Assembly (NCBI GenBank): GCA_048887225.1
Contig: JBHLJY010000002.1
Coordinates: 192,001 to 256,000 of the forward strand
From: Candidatus Hodarchaeota archaeon
GTDB taxonomy: Archaea; Asgardarchaeota; Lokiarchaeia; Sigyniarchaeales; SOKP01
Direction: 5' to 3'
DNA length: 64,000 nucleotides
Below are positions 38,659 through 48,331 of the stretch, piece after piece. The notes beneath the pieces were generated by a model. It did not search any database, was not told the origin of the DNA, and was given only the letters and a program-made list of their open reading frames with translations. Position numbers and translations under genes: made by a program. Each line of letters begins with the position of its first letter. Position 1 is the first letter of the stretch.

Positions 38659-39774
38659 CTAATAAAAAATTTTATTTGAATGACTAAAAGATATAAACGA
38701 ATCACTTGTAATTAAAATTTGATCTTCTGTACGTGCGCCTCCTAAGCCGTGTATGTACAATCCAGGCTCAATTGTCACAACCATATTTTCCTCTAAAACA
38801 TCTTGAGAAATTGGTGATAAATACGGATTTTCATGTATATCGATACCAACTCCATGTCCAAGACTATGAAGAAATCTTGCTCCCCATTCTTTTTTTTTAT
38901 CAATAAAATAATCTCTAACGAGTTTATCCATATCTTGACAAATTTTGCCAGCTTTTATATTATCTAACGCATATTGTTGTGCATTATTAACTAGATTTAT
39001 TAATTCGGCTTTTTCTTTACTTACTTTGCCAAAAATAAAAGTTCTTGTCAAATCAGAACAATATCCATTATGACGTGCCCCAATATCGACAATAATTATA
39101 TCGCCATCTTGAATTTTCTTATCAGAAGTTTTAGCATGAGGAAGTGCTGAATTTTCTTCTGAGGCTACAATGGTGTCAAAAGAAGTACCTTCTGATCCTA
39201 ACTTTCGCATAACATATTCCGCCTCTGCAGCAAGATCGTATTCTGTCTTGCCTTCTTCTATTTTATTGAGAATAGTCTTAAATCCGATATCACTTAATTT
39301 TGCAGCTTTTTTCATCCTTTCTATTTCTTCTTTAGTTTTTATTATCCTCGCTCGATTAATTATTTCTGAAATCCCTATAAATTGAGACACTTTAAATTTT
39401 TCTCTCCACTCTTTATATCTCTTAAATGAAATATAATCGTCTTCAAATCCTACAGAATTAAGTTCTAAATTGTTAATAGCTTTATATATGAAGTTTGGCT
39501 TTCCCTGAGGAATTTGCTTAATCTCTGTAATTTTAGAAAGAATTTTATCTTTTTCAATGATTTTTTTTGCCTGATCGTATTCTAACGCATTTAGAAAGAC
39601 CCAAATATTCCCATCGTTATATTTTAGATCCACTCTTGGAATAAAAATCACTACTTCACTTTCAACTTTAAATCCAAGAATATAAATAACGTTCTGAGGT
39701 TTTGTGATTAAAATTCCATCGATCTCACCGAATTTTTCGTGAGAACGAATTCGATTCATTCTTTGTAAGCTCAC
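38659..39774 (-). CDS. Xaa-Pro peptidase (M24B)
   Basis: SFDTIVAS, ALPHA, VDIGA, YCSDLTRT, HSLGHGVGIDIHE, TIEPG, RTED. Confidence 0.93.
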   Translation of the reverse strand: MSLQRMNRIRSHEKFGEIDGILITKPQNVIYILGFKVESEVVIFIPRVDLKYNDGNIWVFLNALEYDQAKKIIEKDKILSKITEIKQIPQGKPNFIYKAINNLELNSVGFEDDYISFKRYKEWREKFKVSQFIGISEIINRARIIKTKEEIERMKKAAKLSDIGFKTILNKIEEGKTEYDLAAEAEYVMRKLGSEGTSFDTIVASEENSALPHAKTSDKKIQDGDIIIVDIGARHNGYCSDLTRTFIFGKVSKEKAELINLVNNAQQYALDNIKAGKICQDMDKLVRDYFIDKKKEWGARFLHSLGHGVGIDIHENPYLSPISQDVLEENMVVTIEPGLYIHGLGGARTEDQILITSDSFISFSHSNKIFY

Positions 39775-40177
39775 AATAATTTAAATCTCCCAAATATATC
39801 AATATATTTTATATTAAACCATTATCTTTAAAAAATTCTTAATAGTTTTAAACGAAATTTTAGTTAGTTGATCAAAAATATATTATTTTTAAAATTTGAG
39901 TAATTTCTTAATTTCAGAAAAATTTCCAATACAAATTTAATAGAATAAATTAAGATCTTTTTTTTCACTTTTTTTAGGAAAAAAATGAAATCATCGGTTA
40001 TACGAATATGTAGTCAATTTAAGACATATTGGTGATTATTGATAAATAGATAAATGTAAATATATATTAAAATAGAATATTTTGAAGTTTTTACGTTTAT
40101 AACTTCAATTTTATAATTTCCTTTTTTTCATAGGAAAAAAGAACATTTAAATATGATATTATTTAATATAAACTTAA

Positions 40178-40318
40178 TAAAATCGGAAAGTCCATGAAAA
40201 AAAATATATTCTTATACCTAAAGCCGATGAAAGGCAATACCTCAACCCTTAACCCTGTTATTAGATAAATATGTCTCCTCTTTTTTCTACTTTTAAGCGA
40301 TCATGGTTTCCGATTTTA
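40178..40318 (+). ncRNA. Candidate structured non-coding RNA (family unknown; strand inferred)
   Basis: 18-bp terminal stem with a 2-nt bulge, TTTAAATA box at 40146-40153, T-tracts from 40323; sits in a ~670-bp gene-free gap. Confidence 0.45.
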
Positions 40319-40448
40319 ATACTTTTTCTTTTTTAATTTTTTAAAAAAACAACGATAGAATGAATCTACTTCATGATTATTTTTTTAACTAAAAGCTTTT
40401 ACATTTTTGTAGTTTAATCTAATGATAATCTTTGAATATCAAAAATGA

Positions 40449-41651
40449 TCAAATCTTTGAATTCTTTAATTCGGGGAGATATTTCTCATCGCATATTTTT
40501 ATAAGCGATTTTATATAATCCATCATTTTTTTAGCGAGTTCTGGGTGTGCGAGTAAATCAACTTCGATTTTATCTCCGCGATCCCATAATGAATATGGTT
40601 TATTTTCATATGGTGCTTTTTTCTTTACCTCTTCTATCCAACTTCGAGGCAACTCATTATCTAATTCAACATCCAACATTTTAGCTAAAAATAAAGTCCA
40701 TGCTCTCGGTACAACTGTCATTAAATATCCCCCCCCACCTACGGCAAGCCATTTTTTATTACAATATTTTTCAGCATATAACTCAATTTTTTTTGCTAAA
40801 TCTTTGTAACCTTGTATTGAAAGACCCATTTGAGTAAGCGGATCGTTGTAATGAGTATCTACTCCAAGCTGAGAAATTAATATATCTGGTTTATATGCAT
40901 TTAATATTCTCGGGACGCAATAACTAAATAATCTTAAAAACATTTTATTATTAGTCCCTGGTAATAATGGAAAATTAATAGCATATCCTTTACCTTCTCC
41001 TTCACCGCGTTCATTAAGATCACCCGTTCCCGGAAATAAAAATTCTCCGCTTTCGTGAAAAGAAATAGTTAATACGTTTGGATCATCATAAAAAAGCCAT
41101 TGAACGCCATCTCCGTGATGAGCGTCAATATCGACATAAGCAATTTTTATATCATTTTGTAATTTCTTCAAGTGTTTAATAGCAACCGCAATATCGTTAA
41201 AGATACAAAAACCTGACGCTTTACTTTTCATGGCATGATGAAGCCCGCCCGCGGGATTAAATGCAACATTGAAATCGACGTCAGTCCAAACTTTATTAGC
41301 AGCAATTAAAGTACCTCCACAGACTAAAGACGATGCTTCATACATACCTTTAAAAATCGGATTATCTCCAGGTCCTAAGCCATAAGCGATTGGTTTAACG
41401 GATTTATCAGCTGGATTATTACTTAATTTTTTTACTGCTTCAATATAGTTAGGTGAATGAACTTTTTCTAATTCTTCTTTGGTGCAAATGCGGGGTGCAA
41501 TAATTTTTAATCTTGGGTGATCTAATAGCCCTAATTTTTCCATTAAGCTATAAGTTAACGTTAGCCTCAGAGGTCTTAGAGGATGCATTGGTCCAAAATT
41601 ATATTTTTGATATTTCTCTGAAAAAATAAGACCTACCTTTATGCTATCCAT
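40449..41651 (-). CDS. acuC: AcuC / class I histone-deacetylase-family protein
   Basis: HPLRPLR, GDNP, GGLHHA, SGFC, VDIDAHHGDGV, FPGTG, GVDTH..DPL, GGGGY. Confidence 0.9.
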   Translation of the reverse strand: MDSIKVGLIFSEKYQKYNFGPMHPLRPLRLTLTYSLMEKLGLLDHPRLKIIAPRICTKEELEKVHSPNYIEAVKKLSNNPADKSVKPIAYGLGPGDNPIFKGMYEASSLVCGGTLIAANKVWTDVDFNVAFNPAGGLHHAMKSKASGFCIFNDIAVAIKHLKKLQNDIKIAYVDIDAHHGDGVQWLFYDDPNVLTISFHESGEFLFPGTGDLNERGEGEGKGYAINFPLLPGTNNKMFLRLFSYCVPRILNAYKPDILISQLGVDTHYNDPLTQMGLSIQGYKDLAKKIELYAEKYCNKKWLAVGGGGYLMTVVPRAWTLFLAKMLDVELDNELPRSWIEEVKKKAPYENKPYSLWDRGDKIEVDLLAHPELAKKMMDYIKSLIKICDEKYLPELKNSKI

Positions 41652-41836
41652 TATAATAAAAATAAAATTAAGTTCTATTTTAACTAAATTATTATTTTTT
41701 AAACAGAGATTTTAAGATGAATTCCAATAGAAAGCAGAAATAAACTAAAAGTAGGATTAAATATTAAGGATAATATTAAATATTATACCGAAAAAATAAA
41801 GACTTCTATAATATAAATAACTTTTATCCTTAAAGA

Positions 41837-42391
41837 ATGAGTATTCGATTTAAGAAATTTTTAATGCGTGTTGGAAAAGAGAGTGAATTTAAACCCCTCA
41901 AAAACGCATTACTTAACTATTTAAAAAAAGATGCTGAAAACAAATATAAAAATTATCCGCGCCTTTTTGAAACCATGAAAGGATATTGGCCGGATTATCA
42001 ACATCGTTCTATGATTGCTAATCTTTTAAAAGATCATTACGAAGAAATATTTTATTTTTATTTAACTAAAATCTTTCCTTTTAGAAAAGGGGGGTTGTCA
42101 CTTGAAGATCCCGAAGCACCAACCACTGTTGATTTTAAATGTGTCTATAAATATCGCTATAATCAAAAGGAAATCGCTGTTGTTGAAGAAGTTATAAAAA
42201 AATTAAATATTCAGGATAATATGCAAGGCATTTTTAAGCGTATCCTTATTTTTGCTGTAAGTTCTCTTTCCCCTATGGTTGAGCAAATCTTCGAAAGGCC
42301 TTTTGCGTTTCAATTTGCTAATATTGACGCAAAAAAACTCAAAAATGGGGAATATGAAGTTGTAGCAGTAATTTCTGCGCGAGAGCAATAA
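41837..42391 (+). CDS. Hypothetical protein
   Basis: 184-aa ORF with normal composition. Confidence 0.65.
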   Translation: MSIRFKKFLMRVGKESEFKPLKNALLNYLKKDAENKYKNYPRLFETMKGYWPDYQHRSMIANLLKDHYEEIFYFYLTKIFPFRKGGLSLEDPEAPTTVDFKCVYKYRYNQKEIAVVEEVIKKLNIQDNMQGIFKRILIFAVSSLSPMVEQIFERPFAFQFANIDAKKLKNGEYEVVAVISAREQ

Positions 42392-42428
42392 ATAATTATA
42401 ATCTTCTCTTTTAAAATATATATTTAAT

Positions 42429-43433
42429 TTACTCAATATTTTTAAGTAAATAATAAAGAAGCGCTTTAATTGTATATAACCGATTTTCAGCTTGATCATA
42501 AACAACTGAATGCTCCCCATCAATTACGGCATCATCTGCAACTATATTACGTCTGATGGGTAGACAATGCATAAAAATCGAATCTGATTTGGTAAAATTA
42601 AGATACTTTTTCTTAATGCGCCATTCATCACGATATGGTAATCTTAACGGTTTTTCATCCTTCGCATTTCCGTAATATTTTCTGGAACCCCAGCTTTTTA
42701 CGTAAACTACATCGGCATCACTAAAAGATTCCTTAATATCGTTTGAAATAGAAATTGTTCCACCCGATTTTTTTGCATTTAATCTAGCTATATTTATAAT
42801 CTCATCGTCAAGTTCGAAATTTTTTGGGTGTGCTAAAGTCACATCCATTCCGTATCTTGTGGTTATTAAAAGAGTTGAATTAGGAACACTTAAAGGTAAA
42901 GGTTTTGGGTGATAAGCCCATGATATAACTACTTTCTTACCTTTTGGGTCTTTTTTTTTTTCTTGAATTGTAAAAATATCTGTTAGAGCTTGAAGTGGAT
43001 GAAATTGGTCATCTTCAAAATTAATAATAGGAACAGGAGCCCATTTAGCAAACTTACGTAATATTCGATTTCCTTCTTTGTATATCCAATTTACAGAATT
43101 AGGAAATAATCTAATGCCTATTGCGTTATAATATCGTGCTAGTACTATTGCAGTATCTTTTACTGACTCTGATTTATAACCAATCCATGAATCTTTAATG
43201 CTATTGAATGTTGGTTGCATTCCTAACTGATAGGCTGCTACTTGTGTAGAATTTCTAGTTCTCGTCGAAGGATTATAAAAAAACATACATATAGATTTTC
43301 CAGCCAATGCATTACTATATTTATATGGATTCAGTTTTACATCTATAGTTAATTCTAATAGTTTATTTAGTTCTTCCTTATCCCAATCTTGCGTACTAAT
43401 GAAATCCTTCTTTTTCACTTGATTTGAAGACAT
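42429..43433 (-). CDS. N-acylornithine carbamoyltransferase (ArgF' type)
   Basis: NPSTRT, HPLQ, WAYHPKPLP proline-rich loop, YVKSW, HCLPIRRN. Confidence 0.85.
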   Translation of the reverse strand: MSSNQVKKKDFISTQDWDKEELNKLLELTIDVKLNPYKYSNALAGKSICMFFYNPSTRTRNSTQVAAYQLGMQPTFNSIKDSWIGYKSESVKDTAIVLARYYNAIGIRLFPNSVNWIYKEGNRILRKFAKWAPVPIINFEDDQFHPLQALTDIFTIQEKKKDPKGKKVVISWAYHPKPLPLSVPNSTLLITTRYGMDVTLAHPKNFELDDEIINIARLNAKKSGGTISISNDIKESFSDADVVYVKSWGSRKYYGNAKDEKPLRLPYRDEWRIKKKYLNFTKSDSIFMHCLPIRRNIVADDAVIDGEHSVVYDQAENRLYTIKALLYYLLKNIE

Positions 43434-43592
43434 TAATTAACACTATTTCCTCGAATTTTTATTAAAACTCAATAAATTAATTTCTAACCATTTTTTTGAT
43501 GTAATTCTCAGATTAAACACACAAAATAAAAATAAAAATTAGAATTCTTTATTTAAGAATATTATGGTTTCTAAAGCTGAAAAAAGTAATTT

Positions 43593-44018
43593 TTATCTGC
43601 TTAAATATGAGCCTAAATCCATTAGCTCATCTTTTCGCTTAACTTGAATTTTACTTCTTATACCTTTTGCCAGTCTTTCTAAATAAACTATTACATCTAA
43701 AGGAATTCTTCTTGGAACTCCTCCTTGTTTTGAAATAATGGCTAATAAATAATCTATATTCTCTAATACTTCATGACTGACCAACTCGTTGATAACCTTT
43801 TGGTAAATTTGGGGTTCATTCGCTTTTATATTAATCAAATGATTATAGGCATCAGGCATTAATACAACTTTTAAGATATAATCAACTTTTTCCCAAAGAT
43901 TAGATATTCTTTCTTGAGAAGCTTGTATCTTTTTTTGTGCTTCCATAAGCGATCGTATTTTTTTCATTCGAATTTTATCTAATTCGTGTTGATCATCTTC
44001 TTTATGGTTTTGACTCAT
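43593..44018 (-). CDS. PDCD5-like DNA-binding protein (divergent)
   Basis: ELDKIRMKKIRSL, ILKVVLMPDAYNHLINIK, KIQVKRK. Confidence 0.65.
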   Translation of the reverse strand: MSQNHKEDDQHELDKIRMKKIRSLMEAQKKIQASQERISNLWEKVDYILKVVLMPDAYNHLINIKANEPQIYQKVINELVSHEVLENIDYLLAIISKQGGVPRRIPLDVIVYLERLAKGIRSKIQVKRKDELMDLGSYLSR

Positions 44019-44040
44019 ATCTTTTTCCCACCTTAAATCA

Positions 44041-44961
44041 TTAGCTATTAACTATTTTTAAAGCAATTTCTAAAGCTCTTATCCCATCGTCTAATGTTAC
44101 AAGCGGCTTTTTATCATAGAGAAAATTTATAATTTCTCTCCTAAGAGGTTCATCGGCTCTTAAAGGAGTATACGATATTTCTTTATGTATTGGCCAATCT
44201 CCTTGTAGATCTATTCCCGTATTTATATCAATTTTTTGAGATATAAAATCTACTATTATTCCTCCTTTTTCTCCATTAACATACATTTTTCTAAATTTTG
44301 AAGGGGTTAGCCAATTAGATTCAATATGACCTATGGCATTTCCGAAATCTAATACTATGAACGCAGCATCAGCGTGAACATCATCTTTGTAACATTTTTT
44401 TACTCCTAAGGCATTTATATAGTTCTCTTTACCTAAAATCCGTTCTTGTAAATAAATATCGTGTATAGACAAATCTAATATAACTCCAATTTGCCAATCT
44501 CTTCTAGGATATAAACCAATGCGCCTTGATGTAATTGAAAGGATATCTCCAAGTTCAGGTAAATTTGTCATTAATTTTTCAAAAACTGGATTGTAAAGTT
44601 CTATAAAACCGGGCAATATACGGATACTACTTTCAAACTCCAAAAAAAGTGTTAAATCTTTTAGCTTTAATGCCATTGGTTTTTCCATTAAAATATCAAT
44701 TCCAGCAATCGCAAATTTTTTTGAAATACTAGGGATAAATTTAGGCGGTGTTACTATGCTAACAGCATCAATTTCTTCGTTTTTAATCAATTCATCTACG
44801 TTTGTATAGAGATTTATATTATCGTATTGCTTAATTACTTGATCTAATTTTGTGTTATCAACATCGCAAATACCTACTAAATTTGAAAGTTCATCAAAGA
44901 TTCTTATATGTGCCCGTCCAAACCAACCAGCACCAACTACCGCTGTGTTCTTTTTTTTCAT
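44041..44961 (-). CDS. Gfo/Idh/MocA oxidoreductase (nucleotide-sugar 3-dehydrogenase-like)
   Basis: VVGAGWFGRAH, EKP, GFIELYNP, GVILDLSIHD, SNWLTPSKFR. Confidence 0.88.
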   Translation of the reverse strand: MKKKNTAVVGAGWFGRAHIRIFDELSNLVGICDVDNTKLDQVIKQYDNINLYTNVDELIKNEEIDAVSIVTPPKFIPSISKKFAIAGIDILMEKPMALKLKDLTLFLEFESSIRILPGFIELYNPVFEKLMTNLPELGDILSITSRRIGLYPRRDWQIGVILDLSIHDIYLQERILGKENYINALGVKKCYKDDVHADAAFIVLDFGNAIGHIESNWLTPSKFRKMYVNGEKGGIIVDFISQKIDINTGIDLQGDWPIHKEISYTPLRADEPLRREIINFLYDKKPLVTLDDGIRALEIALKIVNS

Positions 44962-45088
44962 TTAATTCTTTTCTTCTTTTAACTCAAATATTTTTATAGT
45001 TAAGAATAATGAACAATTAAAATAATAATTTTTTTAAGTTAATTGTATTTAGCTGAGAAACTAATTTAAATACGAAAAGAAAATTAGA

Positions 45089-45251
45089 TGGTCCCCTCCG
45101 CCGGATTTGAACCGGCGACATCCCGGTTACTGTAACGGCTGACGCATTGTCAATGGCTTTAAACCTCGATGCGCGATTTAATCTACAGCCGGATAAGCTC
45201 GATAAAATATATTATTACCGATGTGCTCTAACCAGTCTGAGCTAGGAGGGG
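45089..45251 (-). tRNA. tRNA-Tyr(GTA) with two introns (45193-45222 at 27/28; 45128-45182 at 37/38), CCA encoded
   Basis: Acceptor CCCCTCC/GGAGGGG with C1-G72 and A73; D-arm GCTC/GAGC; anticodon at 45186-45184; T-arm GCCGG-TTCAAAT-CCGGC; removing both introns gives 78 nt. Confidence 0.92.
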
Positions 45252-45463
45252 GTTTTATAATTATCAAATTATTTAATTTATATATTTTTTACGATTTCAA
45301 ACAAGAGTTATTAAAGTATAGTGTTTATTCTTTTTTTAATAATTTAACCATTATAAAAACTTATTAATAAGCAAGAATTTTAATCTTTTTAATTGAAAAA
45401 CTTTTTAATAAATTAATTTATTAAATTTGTAAGAAAAATTTTTATTTAAGAGATGATTGAGAA

Positions 45464-45973
45464 TTGCGAGAAGAAAACGATTATACAGACGCAATTGAAA
45501 CATATAAAAATGATGATCATGTTATCCTTGAACCTTGGGGGCGAAGTATTGACCACTTACGATTAACAGTTATAGGTAAAAGGGGAACTCCATATGATGG
45601 AGGAAAATTCATTTTTGAGATTAAGTTCCCTGACAATTACCCGTTTGCTCCGCCTTATGCGTATGCGGTGACTCTTATGTGGCATCCTAATATTGATTCC
45701 AGTATTCCACCCGGTAAATTGAATATCTGCCTAGACTTAATTAATCCAGATCTCGTAGGAAAGGTTGATGCGTCAACAGGAGCTTCTGGATGGACACCAA
45801 GTAAAACATTAGTTAATATAATTGAAGCTCTTAAGGGGATGATGCATTACGAGCCGCCTTTCTTTAACCCGGCAGATCCATTAAACCACGAGGCTGGCGA
45901 AGAGTATTTTAGAAATCAAAAGAAATTTGAAGCTAAAGCAAAAAAGTGGACACAAAAATACGCAATGGATTAA
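45464..45973 (+). CDS. Ubiquitin-conjugating enzyme E2
   Basis: GTPYDGGKF, FPDNYPFAPP, WHPNID, ICLDLI catalytic Cys, GWTPS, PADPLNHEA, WTQKYA. Confidence 0.95.
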   Translation: MREENDYTDAIETYKNDDHVILEPWGRSIDHLRLTVIGKRGTPYDGGKFIFEIKFPDNYPFAPPYAYAVTLMWHPNIDSSIPPGKLNICLDLINPDLVGKVDASTGASGWTPSKTLVNIIEALKGMMHYEPPFFNPADPLNHEAGEEYFRNQKKFEAKAKKWTQKYAMD

Positions 45974-46037
45974 GCTATTATTTACTTTTAAATTTCTTTT
46001 AAATAAGAATTATTTTTTAATTTAATCTTTTTTTTAA

Positions 46038-46649
46038 GTGCAAATGATTTCTTTTAAGTATAAAAAAGTAATTATATTTGACTTAGATGGCACGATCTCA
46101 AAATTAGCAGTTGATTGGGGGCATTTAAAAAGACTCTTAACAAAAAGATATAATGACTTTTATGGTGAAGACTGTGAATTTGTACATATTTCTGCGTGCC
46201 TTGATCAAGTTGTAGAAAAAGGCGATGAAGGTGAACTTGAGCGTTTTTTCAAAATATTGGAAGATTATGAGATAAAGAGTATTAAAAAAAACAAGTATAT
46301 TGAAGAATCTATATTTTTTATCAATAATTTAAGTAAATTTGAAGTGCCAAAAGAAATTAAATTAGCTGTCTTATCTTTAAATACTAGAAAGGCTATAATA
46401 GAATCATTAAAATTAGCAGGTATATTTGAAAAGATAGATTTTATAATAGGAAGGGAAGACGTTAGAAAATGGAAACCACATCCAGAAGGGCTCTTACTAA
46501 TAAAAGAACATTTCAACTTAAATAGCGAAGAAATGATATATTTTGGAGATCAAGAAAAAGATATTATGACTGGAAACAATGCTGGGATTAAAGCATATTT
46601 TATAGATGATTTAATTAATCTAGTAAACAAAAAAAGACAAAATCTGTAG
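46038..46649 (+). CDS. HAD-superfamily hydrolase (phosphoglycolate-phosphatase-like)
   Basis: FDLDGT, SLN, KPHPEG, FGDQEKD. Confidence 0.9.
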   Translation: MQMISFKYKKVIIFDLDGTISKLAVDWGHLKRLLTKRYNDFYGEDCEFVHISACLDQVVEKGDEGELERFFKILEDYEIKSIKKNKYIEESIFFINNLSKFEVPKEIKLAVLSLNTRKAIIESLKLAGIFEKIDFIIGREDVRKWKPHPEGLLLIKEHFNLNSEEMIYFGDQEKDIMTGNNAGIKAYFIDDLINLVNKKRQNL

Positions 46650-46675
46650 TTATTGAAGAAAGATACAAAAAATTA

Positions 46676-48256
46676 TTACATAAAAGTTATTATAACGTTA
46701 TATTTCTTAATTTCTGATTCTTCTTTTGCTTTTCCTAAAGGTGTCATGGAAATAACGTCATTACTTTTAATTTTAAGAGAAGTTAATTTAACTTTTGGAT
46801 CTTTCATTGAAGGGATGTAAGGGTTCCAATAAATTTCTTTACTCATAGGATTGGTAATCATCCATAATTCTGTCTCTAACTTATGTCCACTAATTTCCAT
46901 AGCTTCGAAGATATAGCCTATATCAGCATCAAAAGGTACTACAATTTGGAGGTTTTCTTCTCCCTCAATTTTACCACACGCAAGGCAATCTTCACGCTTT
47001 ATAATGTCTAAGGGATCAAATTGACCATAAACTCCATTATAATTAATATAAGGAGGATCCATTGGAGGACCAATATTTCTTCCCTTCGCTCGGAATAAGA
47101 GTTTTAACGCTTCTTGGGATTCTATACTAGAAATTATGGAACTAACCGTTTGGATTGCAGCAATTTTATTTCCTAATATGTTTTCCATTTCTTCGAATTT
47201 ATAATTAGTTCCAAACGTTTCTTTAATATTATTTTTCCATTCTTGAATTTCTTCTGGAGTCAAAGTTGCCATTTTTTCAGCAGACACATTCTCATTAAAT
47301 ACTCTCTCTCTCAGTTTTTCCAATTCATCTTGAGCGATTTCTTTTAATTTTAGCACATCGTCGTCGTTATTTAAGTCGGGCTTATGATTGTATTTTTTTT
47401 CAAATTCCACTTCTGCTTTGATAACACAATGATTTCGATTTCTTGGCAAACCCTTTAACGTACATGCTGCCACTAACTTGTCGTCTGCTGGAGGCACTGG
47501 AACTAAACATCTATAGCAAGGTGTTAGGTTCAATATATCGGGTCCATATTTCTCATCAAACTCAGCCTCAATTTTTTCTCTTATTTTAGCTTTGATAGGC
47601 TCTATTTGTTCTAGTCTTATTTTTTCTATTTCTTCTTCTAATTCTTCTATTTGTCTCTCAGCTACAAGATATTCGGGATATTTATCTTCTGTCATAGACC
47701 ATAGTTCTGACTCAACTAATTTCTCAATTTCAACTTCTCTGTTTTTGTATTGTAACTCCGAACCTTCAGGAATTATTATTTGGACATGACCTTCAAAGCC
47801 AACTGTACCTCCTTCAACTACGGGTTTTTTTAATCTCAAGCTGATCTTGTTCAAATCAAGCCTTGCGTTAAAATTATCTAAGGCCATAACAACAACATCA
47901 GCTTCTTCATAAACAGACATAGGCAATTTTTGAAGTTTTTCAAAATAATAATCAACTTGTAAAAAAGGATTCATTTCCTTTAATCTTTCAGCAGCAACTT
48001 CTGCCTTCGGTCGACCTTCATCTCCGGGTCTAAATAACATCTGTCGAGATAAATTTGAAGTTTCGATCGTGTCTAAATCAACCAAAATAAGCTTCTTGAT
48101 CCCCATTAATGCAAAGTCTTTTGCAATTTCGCAACCAAGCGCTCCAACACCTACGATCATTAAGCAACCTTTATTTAATATCTCTTGGTCCCACCCCTCA
48201 ATTAAAGTTTGACGGGCAAACATTCGACTTTTAAAAATCTCTTCTTTTTTCATCAT
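46676..48256 (-). CDS. Ubiquitin-like activating enzyme E1 (UBA3/UBA2-like)
   Basis: GVGALGCE, DLDTIETSNLSRQMLFR, ALDNFNAR, EGGTVGFEGH, CYRC and CLAC Zn pairs, catalytic CTLKGLPRNRNHC, C-terminal UFD-sized domain. Confidence 0.92.
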   Translation of the reverse strand: MMKKEEIFKSRMFARQTLIEGWDQEILNKGCLMIVGVGALGCEIAKDFALMGIKKLILVDLDTIETSNLSRQMLFRPGDEGRPKAEVAAERLKEMNPFLQVDYYFEKLQKLPMSVYEEADVVVMALDNFNARLDLNKISLRLKKPVVEGGTVGFEGHVQIIIPEGSELQYKNREVEIEKLVESELWSMTEDKYPEYLVAERQIEELEEEIEKIRLEQIEPIKAKIREKIEAEFDEKYGPDILNLTPCYRCLVPVPPADDKLVAACTLKGLPRNRNHCVIKAEVEFEKKYNHKPDLNNDDDVLKLKEIAQDELEKLRERVFNENVSAEKMATLTPEEIQEWKNNIKETFGTNYKFEEMENILGNKIAAIQTVSSIISSIESQEALKLLFRAKGRNIGPPMDPPYINYNGVYGQFDPLDIIKREDCLACGKIEGEENLQIVVPFDADIGYIFEAMEISGHKLETELWMITNPMSKEIYWNPYIPSMKDPKVKLTSLKIKSNDVISMTPLGKAKEESEIKKYNVIITFM

Positions 48257-48331
48257 TTTTAGAATATTTTGATTTTTTATTAATATCTCATAATATTATT
48301 GATTTAAAAAATTCAGACTAATGAAATGCAT

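Noticed and set aside
40224-40250. Hammerhead ribozyme or box C/D RNA (CCGATGA)
   Set aside because: No CTGATGA core with a downstream GAAA after stem II, and no CTGA box D.
40194-40268. 24-aa ORF MKKNIFLYLKPMKGNTSTLNPVIR inside the ncRNA candidate
   Set aside because: No SD, the start codon is buried in the stem, and the length is expected by chance; not excluded but unsupported.
45128-45182. Nested third intron within tRNA-Tyr intron 2
   Set aside because: Internal helices exist (GCGCAT/ATGCGT) but no clean second BHB could be drawn.
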